DNA from: an uncultured Gemmatimonadota bacterium
Lineage (GTDB): Bacteria; Blakebacterota; Blakebacteria; Blakebacterales; Blakebacteraceae
Assembly (NCBI GenBank): GCA_964576115.1
Contig: CAZNUA010000017.1
Span: forward strand, 1 to 64,000
Length of the DNA: 64,000 nt
Direction: 5' to 3'
The translations under genes were made by a program, and so were the position numbers. This document shows, piece by piece, positions 20,837-30,611 of this stretch (position 1 is its first letter; each line of letters begins with the position of its first letter). The notes beneath the pieces were generated by a model, which searched no databases, had not been told where the DNA came from, and saw only the letters and a list, made by a program, of their open reading frames with translations.

Positions 20837-22695
20837 CCCCGGTCCCCTTCGCCCATGGTGTCCACGATCCGGGCCGCCAGTACCTCGCCGATGCCCCGCA
20901 CCCCGGCGATCGCCTCGACCCCCGACTGCAGCATCCGCCGCACGCTTCCGAATTCGGCCAGCAGGGCCCGGGCTTTGGCCTCGCCCACTCCCGGTACCTC
21001 GGTCAGCAGCGTCACCCGGACGCGCCGGTCGCGGCGGGTGCGGTGATAGCCGAGGGCGAAGCGGTGGACCTCGTCGCGGATCCGCTGCAGCAGGCGCAGG
21101 GCGGGCGATTTCCGCCCGAGCGTCTGCGGTCCCTCTACTTCGGGCAGGTAGATCTCCTCGAGCCGTTTCGCCAATCCGATCACGGGCAGGGCGAGACGAT
21201 CGATACCGAGCGAATCGAGAACGCGCCCGGCGGCTTCGAGCTGGGTCCGTCCGCCGTCGATCAGCAGCAGATCGGGCAGGTTGTCGTCTGTCTCGCCTGT
21301 CAGGAGTCGGCGGTAGTGGCGTTCGACGGCCTCGGCGATGCCGGCCGGGTCGTCCCCGCCGCAGGCCCGGCGCAGATTGAACCGCCGGTAGCGGTTCTTG
21401 ACCGGTTCGCCGTTGTGAAAGCAGACCAGACCGGCGACCGGGTCGCTACCCTGGATGTGGCTGACATCCACCGCTTCGATCAGGTGCGGGGGGCGCGGCA
21501 GATCAAGGTCGCTCTGCAGACAGGCGATACCGGCCGGCACGAAATCGTCCCGGCCCTCACGACGGGCGATCATTTCGCGCAGGCGGTAACGGGCGTCGGT
21601 CGCAGCCAGTTCCTGTACGGCTGCAGCAGCGCCCTGCCGGGCCTGACGCAGGTTCACCCGCCGGCCCTGTCGCCGGCCGAGAGCTTCGGCAATGACGTCC
21701 CGGTCGGCCAGGCTCACCGGCACATACACCGTCGCCGGAATGTGGCTGGCCCGCAGGTAGTGGCGCAGGATGAGCCCGGCGAGGATCTCCTCGTCGACCT
21801 CCCCGACCTCCCCGCCCTCCCCCGGACCGGCTCCGGGCAGGGTGAAGGTATAGACCTCGCGGCCGAGCAGACGGCCCTCCCTGACCTGCGAGATGAGCCC
21901 GAGCCCCGCGGTGCCCGAAACCGCCGGGGTCACGACATCGAAGTCGACCCGTTTCTCGGACACCACCCGCTGGCGCTGGGTGGCCTTGCGCACGGCGGTG
22001 ATACGGTCGCGCAGCCGGGCGGCGTGTTCGTAACGGTGGTCGGCGGCAGCGGCCTGCATGTCGCATTCGAGTTCGTCGAGGAGCTCGCCGGTACGTCCCC
22101 GCAGGAAGAGACGGACCTCGGCTACCAGAGCGAGATATTCGGACCGGCTCACCCGGTCGGTGCAGGGGGCGACGCAGCGGCCGATATGATACTCGAGGCA
22201 TTCGCGGGCGTTCGGATCGCGGAAGGGAATCTCGTACGAGCAGGTCCGCAGGGGAAAGATGGCGAGCAGGGAATCGAGCATGCTCTCCATGGCCGACGCG
22301 CTCGTATAGGGACCGAAATAGGTCGCGCCGTCGTCGTCCACCTCGCGGGTTTTGAATACCCGCGGGTACTCCTCCTCGGTCAGTTTCAGGTAGGGATACC
22401 TCTTGTCGTCTTTCAGATCGATGTTGAAACGGGGCCGGTGCTCCTTGATGAGAGTCTGTTCCAGGATCAGGGCTTCGGCCTCGCTCCCGCAGGGAATGAA
22501 ATCGAAACCCCGCACCTGTTCGGCGATCGGCCCGGCCCATGGCGAGGCCGAAGCGCCGGTGAGGTGGGAGCGCAACCGGGCCCGCAGATCGACCGCCTTG
22601 CCGATATAGATGATCCGCTCACGGCGGTCGGTCAGCAGGTAGACCCCGGTCCGGCGCGGTACCCGTGTGAGCCGGTCCCTGAGATTTTCGGTCAT
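20833..22695 (-). CDS. uvrC: Excinuclease ABC subunit C
   Basis: GVY..YIGKA GIY-YIG domain, Cys-rich region, UVR domain, DVSH..IDGG..RDEVHRFA, HhH. Confidence 0.96.
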   Translation of the reverse strand: MTENLRDRLTRVPRRTGVYLLTDRRERIIYIGKAVDLRARLRSHLTGASASPWAGPIAEQVRGFDFIPCGSEAEALILEQTLIKEHRPRFNIDLKDDKRYPYLKLTEEEYPRVFKTREVDDDGATYFGPYTSASAMESMLDSLLAIFPLRTCSYEIPFRDPNARECLEYHIGRCVAPCTDRVSRSEYLALVAEVRLFLRGRTGELLDELECDMQAAAADHRYEHAARLRDRITAVRKATQRQRVVSEKRVDFDVVTPAVSGTAGLGLISQVREGRLLGREVYTFTLPGAGPGEGGEVGEVDEEILAGLILRHYLRASHIPATVYVPVSLADRDVIAEALGRRQGRRVNLRQARQGAAAAVQELAATDARYRLREMIARREGRDDFVPAGIACLQSDLDLPRPPHLIEAVDVSHIQGSDPVAGLVCFHNGEPVKNRYRRFNLRRACGGDDPAGIAEAVERHYRRLLTGETDDNLPDLLLIDGGRTQLEAAGRVLDSLGIDRLALPVIGLAKRLEEIYLPEVEGPQTLGRKSPALRLLQRIRDEVHRFALGYHRTRRDRRVRVTLLTEVPGVGEAKARALLAEFGSVRRMLQSGVEAIAGVRGIGEVLAARIVDTMGEGDRG

Positions 22696-22717
22696 GGCCC
22701 GGGTCCTGCAGGAGCCC

Positions 22718-23344
22718 TCATGATCGTGTGCGCGCTTCGCGCATGACCCGGTTGAAGACAGAGGCGTACATCAGACCGCTGGCGATGATGAGGGCCGTGC
22801 CGATCCAGACCAGGATCTGACCGATCGCGATCAGCTGCATGGTATAGGCCACCATGACGGCCAGCAGGACCGCGGTGGTGACTTTGCCCAGCATATTGCT
22901 CGGCATCACCAGGTCGCGGTTCAGAAACAGCAGGTAGGAGACGGTGAGGATGACGAAGTCGCGCCCGATATACAGGACGACGAACCAGAGCGGCAGATCG
23001 CGCAGCAGTACCAGGACCACGCCGAGGGCGCCGACGAAGATTTTGTCCGCGACCGGATCGATGATCTTGCCCAACTGGCTGATCTCGTTCCGGCGACGGG
23101 CCACGAGACCGTCGAAGAAATCGGTCAGGGCCGCCACGACCAGAAGCACCAGAGCGGCGGCATCGCAGCCGGGCCGGTTCTGCAGCAGCAGCAGAACGAT
23201 GAACGGAACCAGCAGAATACGAACGAAAGAAAGCAGATTGGCCAGCGTGAATACCCGCTCGGTCTCGAGCAGCTCCCGGCGCCGCTGACGGCGTCCGGCG
23301 GAATCGCGGATCAGGTCGCGGGTGTCGCCCAGGGTCTGCTTCAT
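22718..23344 (-). CDS. pgsA: CDP-alcohol phosphatidyltransferase (PgsA-like)
   Basis: TDFFDGLVARR..SQLGKIIDPVADK signature. Confidence 0.85.
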   Translation of the reverse strand: MKQTLGDTRDLIRDSAGRRQRRRELLETERVFTLANLLSFVRILLVPFIVLLLLQNRPGCDAAALVLLVVAALTDFFDGLVARRRNEISQLGKIIDPVADKIFVGALGVVLVLLRDLPLWFVVLYIGRDFVILTVSYLLFLNRDLVMPSNMLGKVTTAVLLAVMVAYTMQLIAIGQILVWIGTALIIASGLMYASVFNRVMREARTRS

Positions 23345-25065
23345 TGCGTCCCGTCCTCAGCTGCAGTGTGATCCAGAAGCCGGCGGGCGTGCTCGAGCCC
23401 GTCCTCGCCCCCCGCTTCGCCGCTCATCAGGACCGCCAGGGCCTCGCTGCGGGCCTCGCCGCTCAGATTCCGTATGCGGACCTGCGCGCCCGTTTCGTCG
23501 AGGTCTTTCTCGACCAGCAGGTGCCGGTGACCGCGGCGGGCGATCTGCGGCAGATGAGTGATGGCAAGTACCTGGTGCGCCTCGGCCAGGGCTTCGAGTT
23601 TCTGGCCGACGCAGTCGGCGGTCCGGCCCCCTATGCCGCTGTCGATCTCGTCGAAAACAAGCGTTGGAATCCGTGAGGCGCCGCCGAAAACGCTTTTCAA
23701 GGCCAACATTATACGGCTGATCTCACCACCGGACGCAACCTTCGGCAGACCCAGCAGGGGTGCCTTCGGATCGGTCGCGAGCTGGAATTCGATGCGGTCG
23801 ATGCCGTGAACAGCGGCCTCGTATCGCCCGCCTTCGGGATCCCCGATGAGCCCTGCGGGGCTTTCGCGCCGTTCCCGGGCGACGGCGAACCGGGCCTCGG
23901 GCATGGCCAGATCGCGCAGCTGTCCGGCGACCGCGGCTTCGAATTTCCCGGCTGCGTCGTCCCGCTCCCGGCTCAGGTCCAGGGCGGCGACCGACAGCTC
24001 GGCGGTGAGACGTTCCAGCTCCTTTTCACGCCCGGCCAGATCTGTTTCGACCGCAAGGCCTTCGTTGAGAACGTCCTGCAGCTCTTCGCGCCGGGCCAGC
24101 AGAGCGGCTTCGCTGCCGCCGTATTTACGGGTCAGGCCGATGAGAGCCGAAAGCCGGTCGCGGAGACGGTCGCAGCGCTGCTGGTCGAAATCGAAGGCGT
24201 CGAGGTAGCGCCGCAGGGCGAGAACGCCCTCGTCGAGGGCCAGTCGGGCCTCCTCGAAGAGCGAGCCGGCTTCGTTCAGACGTTCGTCGAGAGCGGCCAT
24301 GCGGACCAGTTCGCGGGCGGCGGTATTCAGTTCGGCGTTCAGCGGCTCCTCGCCTTCGGCGAAACGATCGATCAGATCGTGGAGGGCGGTTGCAATCCGT
24401 TCGGCGTTTTCGAGCCGGCGGACCTCCCGTTCCAGGTTGTCGATCTCCCCCGCCTGCGGGTCCAGGGCGTCGATTTCCGTCAGCTGAAAGGCCGTCAGCT
24501 CCCGTTTCTCGGCCAGTTCACGATTGCGCCGGCGCAGATCATCCAGTTCGCCCGAGGCCGCTTTATGGGCTGCCAGGAGTCCGTCGTAGGTGTCGCGCAG
24601 CGGATCCAGCCCGGCCCAGGCATCGAGGAGCAGAACGTGACGTGCGGGCCTGATCAGGGATTGATGTTCGTGCTGGCCGTGCAGGTCGACCAGCTCGTCG
24701 CCGAGCGAGCGCAGGACTCCCACCGTGACGGCGGTGTCGTTCACGAAGGCCCGGCTGCGCCCGTCGGCACCGATTTCGCGGCGGATCAGGAGCGTGTTTT
24801 CCTCCGCGGTCAAACCGGATTCTTCGAGCCGGGCCAACAGCGGCGAATCGGGATCGAGTTCGAACAGAGCCTCGACGTGGGCCCGATCCGCCCCCGCCCG
24901 CACCAGATCGCTGCTGGCCCGTTCGCCCAGCAGCAGTTGCAGCGCCCCGACCAGGACCGATTTTCCCGCTCCGGTCTCGCCGGTCAGGATCGTCAGCCGG
25001 GAATCGAGTTCGAGAGCGGCTTCCTCGATGACGGCGATATTCCTGACGTGCAGTGAGCGCAACAT
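23341..25065 (-). CDS. recN: DNA repair protein RecN
   Basis: TGETGAGKS, LHGQH, ASGGEISR, FDEID, ITHLPQ. Confidence 0.97.
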   Translation of the reverse strand: MLRSLHVRNIAVIEEAALELDSRLTILTGETGAGKSVLVGALQLLLGERASSDLVRAGADRAHVEALFELDPDSPLLARLEESGLTAEENTLLIRREIGADGRSRAFVNDTAVTVGVLRSLGDELVDLHGQHEHQSLIRPARHVLLLDAWAGLDPLRDTYDGLLAAHKAASGELDDLRRRNRELAEKRELTAFQLTEIDALDPQAGEIDNLEREVRRLENAERIATALHDLIDRFAEGEEPLNAELNTAARELVRMAALDERLNEAGSLFEEARLALDEGVLALRRYLDAFDFDQQRCDRLRDRLSALIGLTRKYGGSEAALLARREELQDVLNEGLAVETDLAGREKELERLTAELSVAALDLSRERDDAAGKFEAAVAGQLRDLAMPEARFAVARERRESPAGLIGDPEGGRYEAAVHGIDRIEFQLATDPKAPLLGLPKVASGGEISRIMLALKSVFGGASRIPTLVFDEIDSGIGGRTADCVGQKLEALAEAHQVLAITHLPQIARRGHRHLLVEKDLDETGAQVRIRNLSGEARSEALAVLMSGEAGGEDGLEHARRLLDHTAAEDGTQ

Positions 25066-25071
25066 AAGAAC

Positions 25072-26652
25072 TCAATATATCCGACGCCCGACGCCCGCTG
25101 CAGAGGAAAGCGCCGCCCGGTCGCGTTCTCCCACCCGGAACTGCAGGGCTTCACCGATCTGCTCCGCCCCCACCCTGTCGCTGCCGGCCAGGTCTGCGAG
25201 GGTCCAGGCGACCTTGAGCAGGCGATGGTACGTCCGGGCCGAAAGCCCGTAGCTGACGACCGCCGTTTTGAGCATGCGCCGGCCCGCTTCGTCGGGGGGC
25301 GGCAGGTGTCTGAGTCCGGCCGGTGTGAGGGCTGCATTGACCGGCGGGACACCGCTCATGACGGCGTTGGACGGACATTCGCTCAGCCTTTCGGCGGCCC
25401 GGCGTCGAGCCTCGACGACCCGCCCGTTGACCCGGTTCGAGGGTTCCCCCGAGCCGCTGTCGAGAGCCTCGACCTCGACCGGCGGGACGTCGACGTGGAG
25501 ATCGATGCGGTCGAGCAGAGGTCCGGAGAGCCGGCTGCGGTAGCGATGAATCTGAAAGGGGGTACAGGTGCACTCCCGGCCGGGATGACCGAGGAAACCG
25601 CAGGGACAGGGATTGGCGGCCGCCGCCAGCATGAAACGCGAGGGGAAGGCGATGGCGTGAGCGTTGCGGACGATCAGAACCCGCCCCTCTTCGAGCGGCT
25701 GGCGGAGCACGTCGAGAACCCGACCGCTGAACTCGGGGAGTTCGTCGAGGAAGAGAATCCCGTTGTGCGCCAGACTGATTTCCCCCGGCCGGGGCACCGA
25801 GCCTCCTCCGGCCAGGGCCGCGGCCGTGATGGTGTGGTGGGGCGCCCGGAACGGAGGGCGGGTGATCAGGGGGGAGGCGGGATCGAGCAGGCCGGCCACG
25901 CTCCAGATCTTGGTGGTCTCCATCGCTTCGGCGGGCCCGAGCGGGGGCAGGATCGAGGGCAGGCGCTGGGCCAGCATGCTCTTGCCCGCTCCCGGCGGTC
26001 CGAGGAGCAGGAAGCTGTGCCCCCCGGCGGCCGCTATTTCGAGCGCCCGCCGGGCCAGGATCTGACCGCTGACATCGCGCAGGTCGGGCAGAACCGGTTC
26101 TCGGCCGCGGTCCCCGTCTGATTCGCAGCCGGGCAGCTCGCCGGTACCGTTCATGAACTCGGCGGCCTGACGAAGGTGCCGGGCCGAGCGTACCTCGAGC
26201 CCCTCGACCAGGGAGGCCTCCCGGGCATTGCCGCCCGCCACGATGAGTCCCTCCAGGCCCGCCTCGCGGCAGGCCAGAGCCATCGGGAAGATCCCCGGGA
26301 TGGGATGGATTTCCCCATCCAGGCTGAGTTCTCCGGCCAGGCCCCAGCCCGCGAAACGGTCCTGGGCGATGTGCCCGAGGGCGCCGAGAATGGCCACGGC
26401 CAGCGGCAGGTCGAAACCGCTCCCCTCCTTGCGCCGGTCGGCCGGAGCCAGATTGGCGGTGATCTTGCGCAGGGGCAGAACGTAACCGGCGTTGCGGATC
26501 GCCGAGGACACCCTGACCCGGCTCTCCCGGACCGCCCCTTCGGCCAGACCGACCAGCAGAAAGGCGGGCAGACCCTGGGTGATATCCACTTCTACCCGCA
26601 CGATATGTCCGTCGATGCCCATCACGCCGGCGGTCATGGTTGCGGCCATCAT
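25072..26652 (-). CDS. comM: YifB/ComM Mg-chelatase-like AAA ATPase
   Basis: NLAPAD..KEGSGFDLP, GPPGAGKS, RAPHH, FLDELPEF, NPCPCG, SGPLLDRID. Confidence 0.93.
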   Translation of the reverse strand: MMAATMTAGVMGIDGHIVRVEVDITQGLPAFLLVGLAEGAVRESRVRVSSAIRNAGYVLPLRKITANLAPADRRKEGSGFDLPLAVAILGALGHIAQDRFAGWGLAGELSLDGEIHPIPGIFPMALACREAGLEGLIVAGGNAREASLVEGLEVRSARHLRQAAEFMNGTGELPGCESDGDRGREPVLPDLRDVSGQILARRALEIAAAGGHSFLLLGPPGAGKSMLAQRLPSILPPLGPAEAMETTKIWSVAGLLDPASPLITRPPFRAPHHTITAAALAGGGSVPRPGEISLAHNGILFLDELPEFSGRVLDVLRQPLEEGRVLIVRNAHAIAFPSRFMLAAAANPCPCGFLGHPGRECTCTPFQIHRYRSRLSGPLLDRIDLHVDVPPVEVEALDSGSGEPSNRVNGRVVEARRRAAERLSECPSNAVMSGVPPVNAALTPAGLRHLPPPDEAGRRMLKTAVVSYGLSARTYHRLLKVAWTLADLAGSDRVGAEQIGEALQFRVGERDRAALSSAAGVGRRIY

Positions 26653-26727
26653 TGTTCTCTCTCCTTTTGCCGGGGGCTCGACCTTTCGGCTGGAGGACCT
26701 GCCGTGCCGACTCTATCCTTGGATCTC

Positions 26728-27882
26728 ATGACGTTTTCGCTCGCGCATCCGGCCGGCGCCCTGACGCTGCTTCTGGCCCTGTTCTGGGGCGGGCTGGCAT
26801 ACACCTTTGCCCGGGCCGCCCGTCGGGCCCTCCGGCAGCCGGACACTCCCGACCCCGGTCTTCCCCGGCCGGCGGTCAGCGTCGTCATCGCCGCCCGCAA
26901 CGAAGCCGACACCATCGGCGGACTGCTCCGCAGTCTGCTCGCCGTCGACTGGCCCCGCGACCGGCTCGAAATCATCGTCGCCGACGATCGCTCCACCGAC
27001 GCGACCGCCGCCGAAATCGACGCGGTCGCCGCTGAATCCGGCGGTATCGTGCGCCGGCTCGCGATAGATCGCGTGCCGGCCGGATGGACCCCGAAGAAGT
27101 GGGCCCTGCAGACGGCCGTCGACTCGGCCGGTGGCGAGATCGTTTTGACCACCGATGCCGACTGTCGGGTGGGCCCGGAGTGGATCGAACGCCTGACGGC
27201 TCCGCTGCGCCGGGCCGACGGGCCCGAATTGTGCGGCGGACCGGTCGACTATGCGGGGGCCGTGGCCTGGCGCTGGCCGAAGCGTCTGCTGCGCGTCGAA
27301 TTTTTTTCGCTCTCGGTCACCGCCGCCGGTTCGCTGGCGGCCGGCCTGCCGCTGGTGATCTCGGCCCAGAACATGGCTTTCACGCGCGATCTCTTCAGAC
27401 GCTGCGGGGGGTACGAACCGCACGCCGCGATTCCCTCGGGAGACGATGTCTTCCTGCTCTTCGCAGCCGATGCGGCCGGGATCGGGACCGGATACGTGCT
27501 CGAGCCCGGGGCGGTCGTCACCACCCGCGCGCCTGCCTCCTGGGCCGAGTTTTATCATCAGCGCACCCGCTGGGCGTCCAAGGGCCTGCGCTACCCCCGC
27601 CGACCCCGGCTCGTCAGCGCCCTGGTCTGGCTCGTGAACGCCTCGCTCCTGCTCTCGGTCGCCGCGGCCGCGCTCGGTTGCGGTGCCCTCTGGCCGTGGG
27701 CGGCGGCCGGGCTGGTCCTCAAAGGGCTGGGCGAGATCGCTCTGCTCCGGCTCACAAAGCGGTTCGGCCTGAAACATCTCGGCATCGACTACCTCACCGG
27801 GGTTCCACTCCACCTGATATACGTGACCCTTTTCGGGGCGGTGGGAGCGCTCGGTCTCTTCCGCTGGAAGGAGAGCACCTGA
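26728..27882 (+). CDS. Family 2 glycosyltransferase, membrane-bound
   Basis: IAARNE, DDRSTD, TDAD, SGDD and QRTRW motifs; TM helices at both ends. Confidence 0.9.
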   Translation: MTFSLAHPAGALTLLLALFWGGLAYTFARAARRALRQPDTPDPGLPRPAVSVVIAARNEADTIGGLLRSLLAVDWPRDRLEIIVADDRSTDATAAEIDAVAAESGGIVRRLAIDRVPAGWTPKKWALQTAVDSAGGEIVLTTDADCRVGPEWIERLTAPLRRADGPELCGGPVDYAGAVAWRWPKRLLRVEFFSLSVTAAGSLAAGLPLVISAQNMAFTRDLFRRCGGYEPHAAIPSGDDVFLLFAADAAGIGTGYVLEPGAVVTTRAPASWAEFYHQRTRWASKGLRYPRRPRLVSALVWLVNASLLLSVAAAALGCGALWPWAAAGLVLKGLGEIALLRLTKRFGLKHLGIDYLTGVPLHLIYVTLFGAVGALGLFRWKEST

Positions 27883-27948
27883 ACCGGGCGGCATGAACGG
27901 TCTCTTTCCCGGGGGACGGGGCATGGGGGGGCCCATCGGGGGAAGGCG

Positions 27949-27976
27949 AGTATAACAGCTAGCTGCGACGTTTCAC
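27949..27976 (-). promoter_or_regulatory. Putative sigma70 promoter antisense to the GT2 gene
   Basis: Minus strand GTGAAA-16 nt-TATACT with TGn extended -10. Confidence 0.45.
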
Positions 27977-27985
27977 AGCATACGA

Positions 27986-29227
27986 TCAGAGCGGTTCGGA
28001 CGGGTACCCGCTCCGGCGCCGGCCGATCCGCCAGTGCCGGAAATAGGGAACGATGGTCACGAGAAGCAGGGGGTGACGGCGCACGGCGGCGCTGACGGCC
28101 GTATACAGCCGTCGCTTTTCGGTCGGCCGGGCTTCGAGCTCGGTGACCAGGGCTTCGCGGGTTTCATCGGACAGACGGGTGATGATGTCAGCCAGGCGGT
28201 AATGATCGGCATGCAGTCGGCCCAGCATCCGCCGCCATCGCCGGTCGTAACGCCGCAGGTAGCGGGCTTCGGTGCGATCGCAGCGGCAGGCAGCGGCGGC
28301 GATGGTGCCGGCCAGCAGCCCGGCCCGCATGCCGCTCGATATCCCGGCTCCGCTCAGGGGATTGATCTGATGAGCGGCGTCACCGGCCAGAAGCAGCCCG
28401 TCGGCGCTGATGCGCTCCAGAGTGGGCGCGATGATCACTCCCCCGCCCGTCTCGCCGCATCGTACGGCCTCGGGGAAACGCTCCGCCACCCAGCGGTCGA
28501 GATGCTCCTTCGCGCTCAGACTCCCGCTTGAACGGTGACGGACGACCCCGAGACCGACATTGGCCTCTCCCCCGCCCCGGGGGAAGACCCAGCCGTAACC
28601 GCCGGGTGCGATCCGGTCCCCATACGCCAGTTCGATCGTATCGGCGGGTACATCGAGGTTCCCGAGACAGTACTGATGGCACGATTCCATCAAGGCCGGC
28701 GGCACACCCGTATCCAGCCCCCCCCAGCGTCCGACCCGGCTCACGATGCCGTCGGCGCCGATCACGATCCGGGCCGCGATCGGGTGTTCGGTACCGTCGT
28801 GACGAACCCTGACCACCCACCGGCCGCCGCTGCGTTCCATGCCCGCCGCCCGTGCTCCGGTCACGACCCGGGCTCCGGCGCCGGCCGCCCGCTCGGCCAG
28901 GGCTGGATCGAAGCGGCTGCGGTCGAGGATATACCCCTCCAGCTCGCTGGCCATGGTCACGCCCCTGCCCGACGGCCCGGAGAGTCGGACGAACCGGATG
29001 CGGTTGCGCACCAGTTCGGGGTCGGGCGTTCCGAGGAAGGCGCGGTAGGCCCGGGCACTCACGCCTTCGGCGCAGCGGACCGGGAGCCCGATCGCTTCGT
29101 CTTCCTCGATCAGGCAGGTGTCGGCCCCGACGTCGGCGGCGGACCGGGCCGCGCACGATCCGGCCGGTCCGGCGCCGATGACCAGCACATCGCACCGGTC
29201 AGGGAGGGCAGCCTCGGTTGCCTTCAA
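27986..29227 (-). CDS. Geranylgeranyl reductase family flavoprotein (DGGR-like)
   Basis: GAGPAG, IGLPVRCAEGVS, GADG, APGGYGWVFP, ANVGLG, GDAA..NPLSGAG. Confidence 0.88.
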   Translation of the reverse strand: MKATEAALPDRCDVLVIGAGPAGSCAARSAADVGADTCLIEEDEAIGLPVRCAEGVSARAYRAFLGTPDPELVRNRIRFVRLSGPSGRGVTMASELEGYILDRSRFDPALAERAAGAGARVVTGARAAGMERSGGRWVVRVRHDGTEHPIAARIVIGADGIVSRVGRWGGLDTGVPPALMESCHQYCLGNLDVPADTIELAYGDRIAPGGYGWVFPRGGGEANVGLGVVRHRSSGSLSAKEHLDRWVAERFPEAVRCGETGGGVIIAPTLERISADGLLLAGDAAHQINPLSGAGISSGMRAGLLAGTIAAAACRCDRTEARYLRRYDRRWRRMLGRLHADHYRLADIITRLSDETREALVTELEARPTEKRRLYTAVSAAVRRHPLLLVTIVPYFRHWRIGRRRSGYPSEPL

Positions 29228-30608
29228 GGGCGTCCTTTCCCAGTTCGGGTTCGGGCTCGACCGGATACGAGCCGCTGAAGCAGGCGTGGCACATCGGACC
29301 GGGGCGCTCCACGGCCGCGAGCATGCCCTCCAGGCTCAGATAGCCCAGCGAATCGGCGCCGATATGCTTGCGGATCTCCTCGATACTCAGACGGGCGCCG
29401 ATCAGCTCGGAGCGGGTCGGGATATCGACGCCGTAAAAACAGGGCCAGGCCACCGGTGGACAGGTCACCCGCATGTGCACCTCGCGGGCGCCGGCCGCCC
29501 GGATCAGACGCAGCAGCTTGCGGCTGGTCGTGCCCCGCACGATCGAGTCGTCAACGACCACGACCCGCTTGCCGTCGAGCACCCCACCGACCGGGTTGAA
29601 CTTGACCCGCACGTCGTGATCGCGCTGTTCGGGCCCCGGCTGGATGAAGGTGCGCCCGACGTAGTGGTTGCGGATCAGGCCGAGTTCGAAAGGCAGGCCC
29701 GATTCGCGGGCATACCCGAGAGCGGCCGTGTTCGAGGAGTCGGGCACGGCGATCACGATGTCGGCTTCGGCCGGGTGCTCGCGGGCCAGATTGCGTCCCA
29801 GGCCGCGCCTGACCTTGTCGACCTTTTCGCCGTAGATGCGCGAGTCGGGCCGGGAGAAGTAGACGAATTCGAAAATGCAGGGATGGGTCTCGGGTGCGGC
29901 CGGCAAGCGGTGCGAGCACAACTCGCCGTCGCGGATCACGATCATCTCCCCCGGTTCGACATCGCGCTCGAAACGGCCGCCGACGATGTCGAAGGCGCAG
30001 GTCTCGCTGGCCACCAGCCAGCTCGACCCGAGCCGGCCCAGGCAGAGCGGTCTGATGCCCAGCGGATCGCGGGCCGCGATCAGGGCGTTCTCGGTGACGA
30101 AGAGCAGACACCAGGCGCCCTGCACCTGCTCCAGAGCCTCTATGATCCTGGCCTCCAGATGCGGCGCCCGGGAGCGGGCCACGAGGTGAAGGATGAGTTC
30201 GGTGTCCATGGTGGTCTGAAAGATCGCCCCCTCCTCCTCCAGGGCGGCTCTGAGGGAAGGGGTGTTGGTGAGGTTGCCGTTGTGGGCCAGGGCCAGCGAA
30301 CCCGACCGGCTGGTACTGCGGATCGGCTGGGTATTGGCTGTATGCGGCGAACCCGTTGTCGAGTACCGGGTGTGACCGATCGCCAGATGACCGGCCAGAC
30401 CGGCGATCCGCTCAGGCCGGAAGACGTCGTTGACCAGTCCGAGAGCCTTGTAGAGGTGGGTGGTCTCGCCGTCGGCCGAGCAGATCCCGGCCGCTTCCTG
30501 ACCGCGGTGCTGCAGGCTGTAGAGACCCAGATAGGTCAGGTAGGCGGCTTCGGGGTGGCCGGCGACTCCGGCCAGGGCGCAGAAGTGGCGGAGCTCGTCG
30601 CCGGCCAT
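29199..30608 (-). CDS. purF: Amidophosphoribosyltransferase (propeptide, Fe-S type)
   Basis: Short propeptide before Cys, LQHRGQE, GHTRYST, VDDSIVRGTTS, Fe-S cysteines. Confidence 0.97.
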   Translation of the reverse strand: MAGDELRHFCALAGVAGHPEAAYLTYLGLYSLQHRGQEAAGICSADGETTHLYKALGLVNDVFRPERIAGLAGHLAIGHTRYSTTGSPHTANTQPIRSTSRSGSLALAHNGNLTNTPSLRAALEEEGAIFQTTMDTELILHLVARSRAPHLEARIIEALEQVQGAWCLLFVTENALIAARDPLGIRPLCLGRLGSSWLVASETCAFDIVGGRFERDVEPGEMIVIRDGELCSHRLPAAPETHPCIFEFVYFSRPDSRIYGEKVDKVRRGLGRNLAREHPAEADIVIAVPDSSNTAALGYARESGLPFELGLIRNHYVGRTFIQPGPEQRDHDVRVKFNPVGGVLDGKRVVVVDDSIVRGTTSRKLLRLIRAAGAREVHMRVTCPPVAWPCFYGVDIPTRSELIGARLSIEEIRKHIGADSLGYLSLEGMLAAVERPGPMCHACFSGSYPVEPEPELGKDALEGNRGCPP

Positions 30609-30611
30609 GGA

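Noticed and set aside
26713-27936. 407-aa ORF antisense to GT2, downstream of the antisense promoter
   Set aside because: Composition matches a reverse-frame shadow of GT2; no recognisable domain.
27963-27978. CTG-N10-CAG resembling an E. coli SOS box over the antisense promoter -35
   Set aside because: Imperfect match, likely by chance at this GC content, and LexA motifs are lineage-specific.
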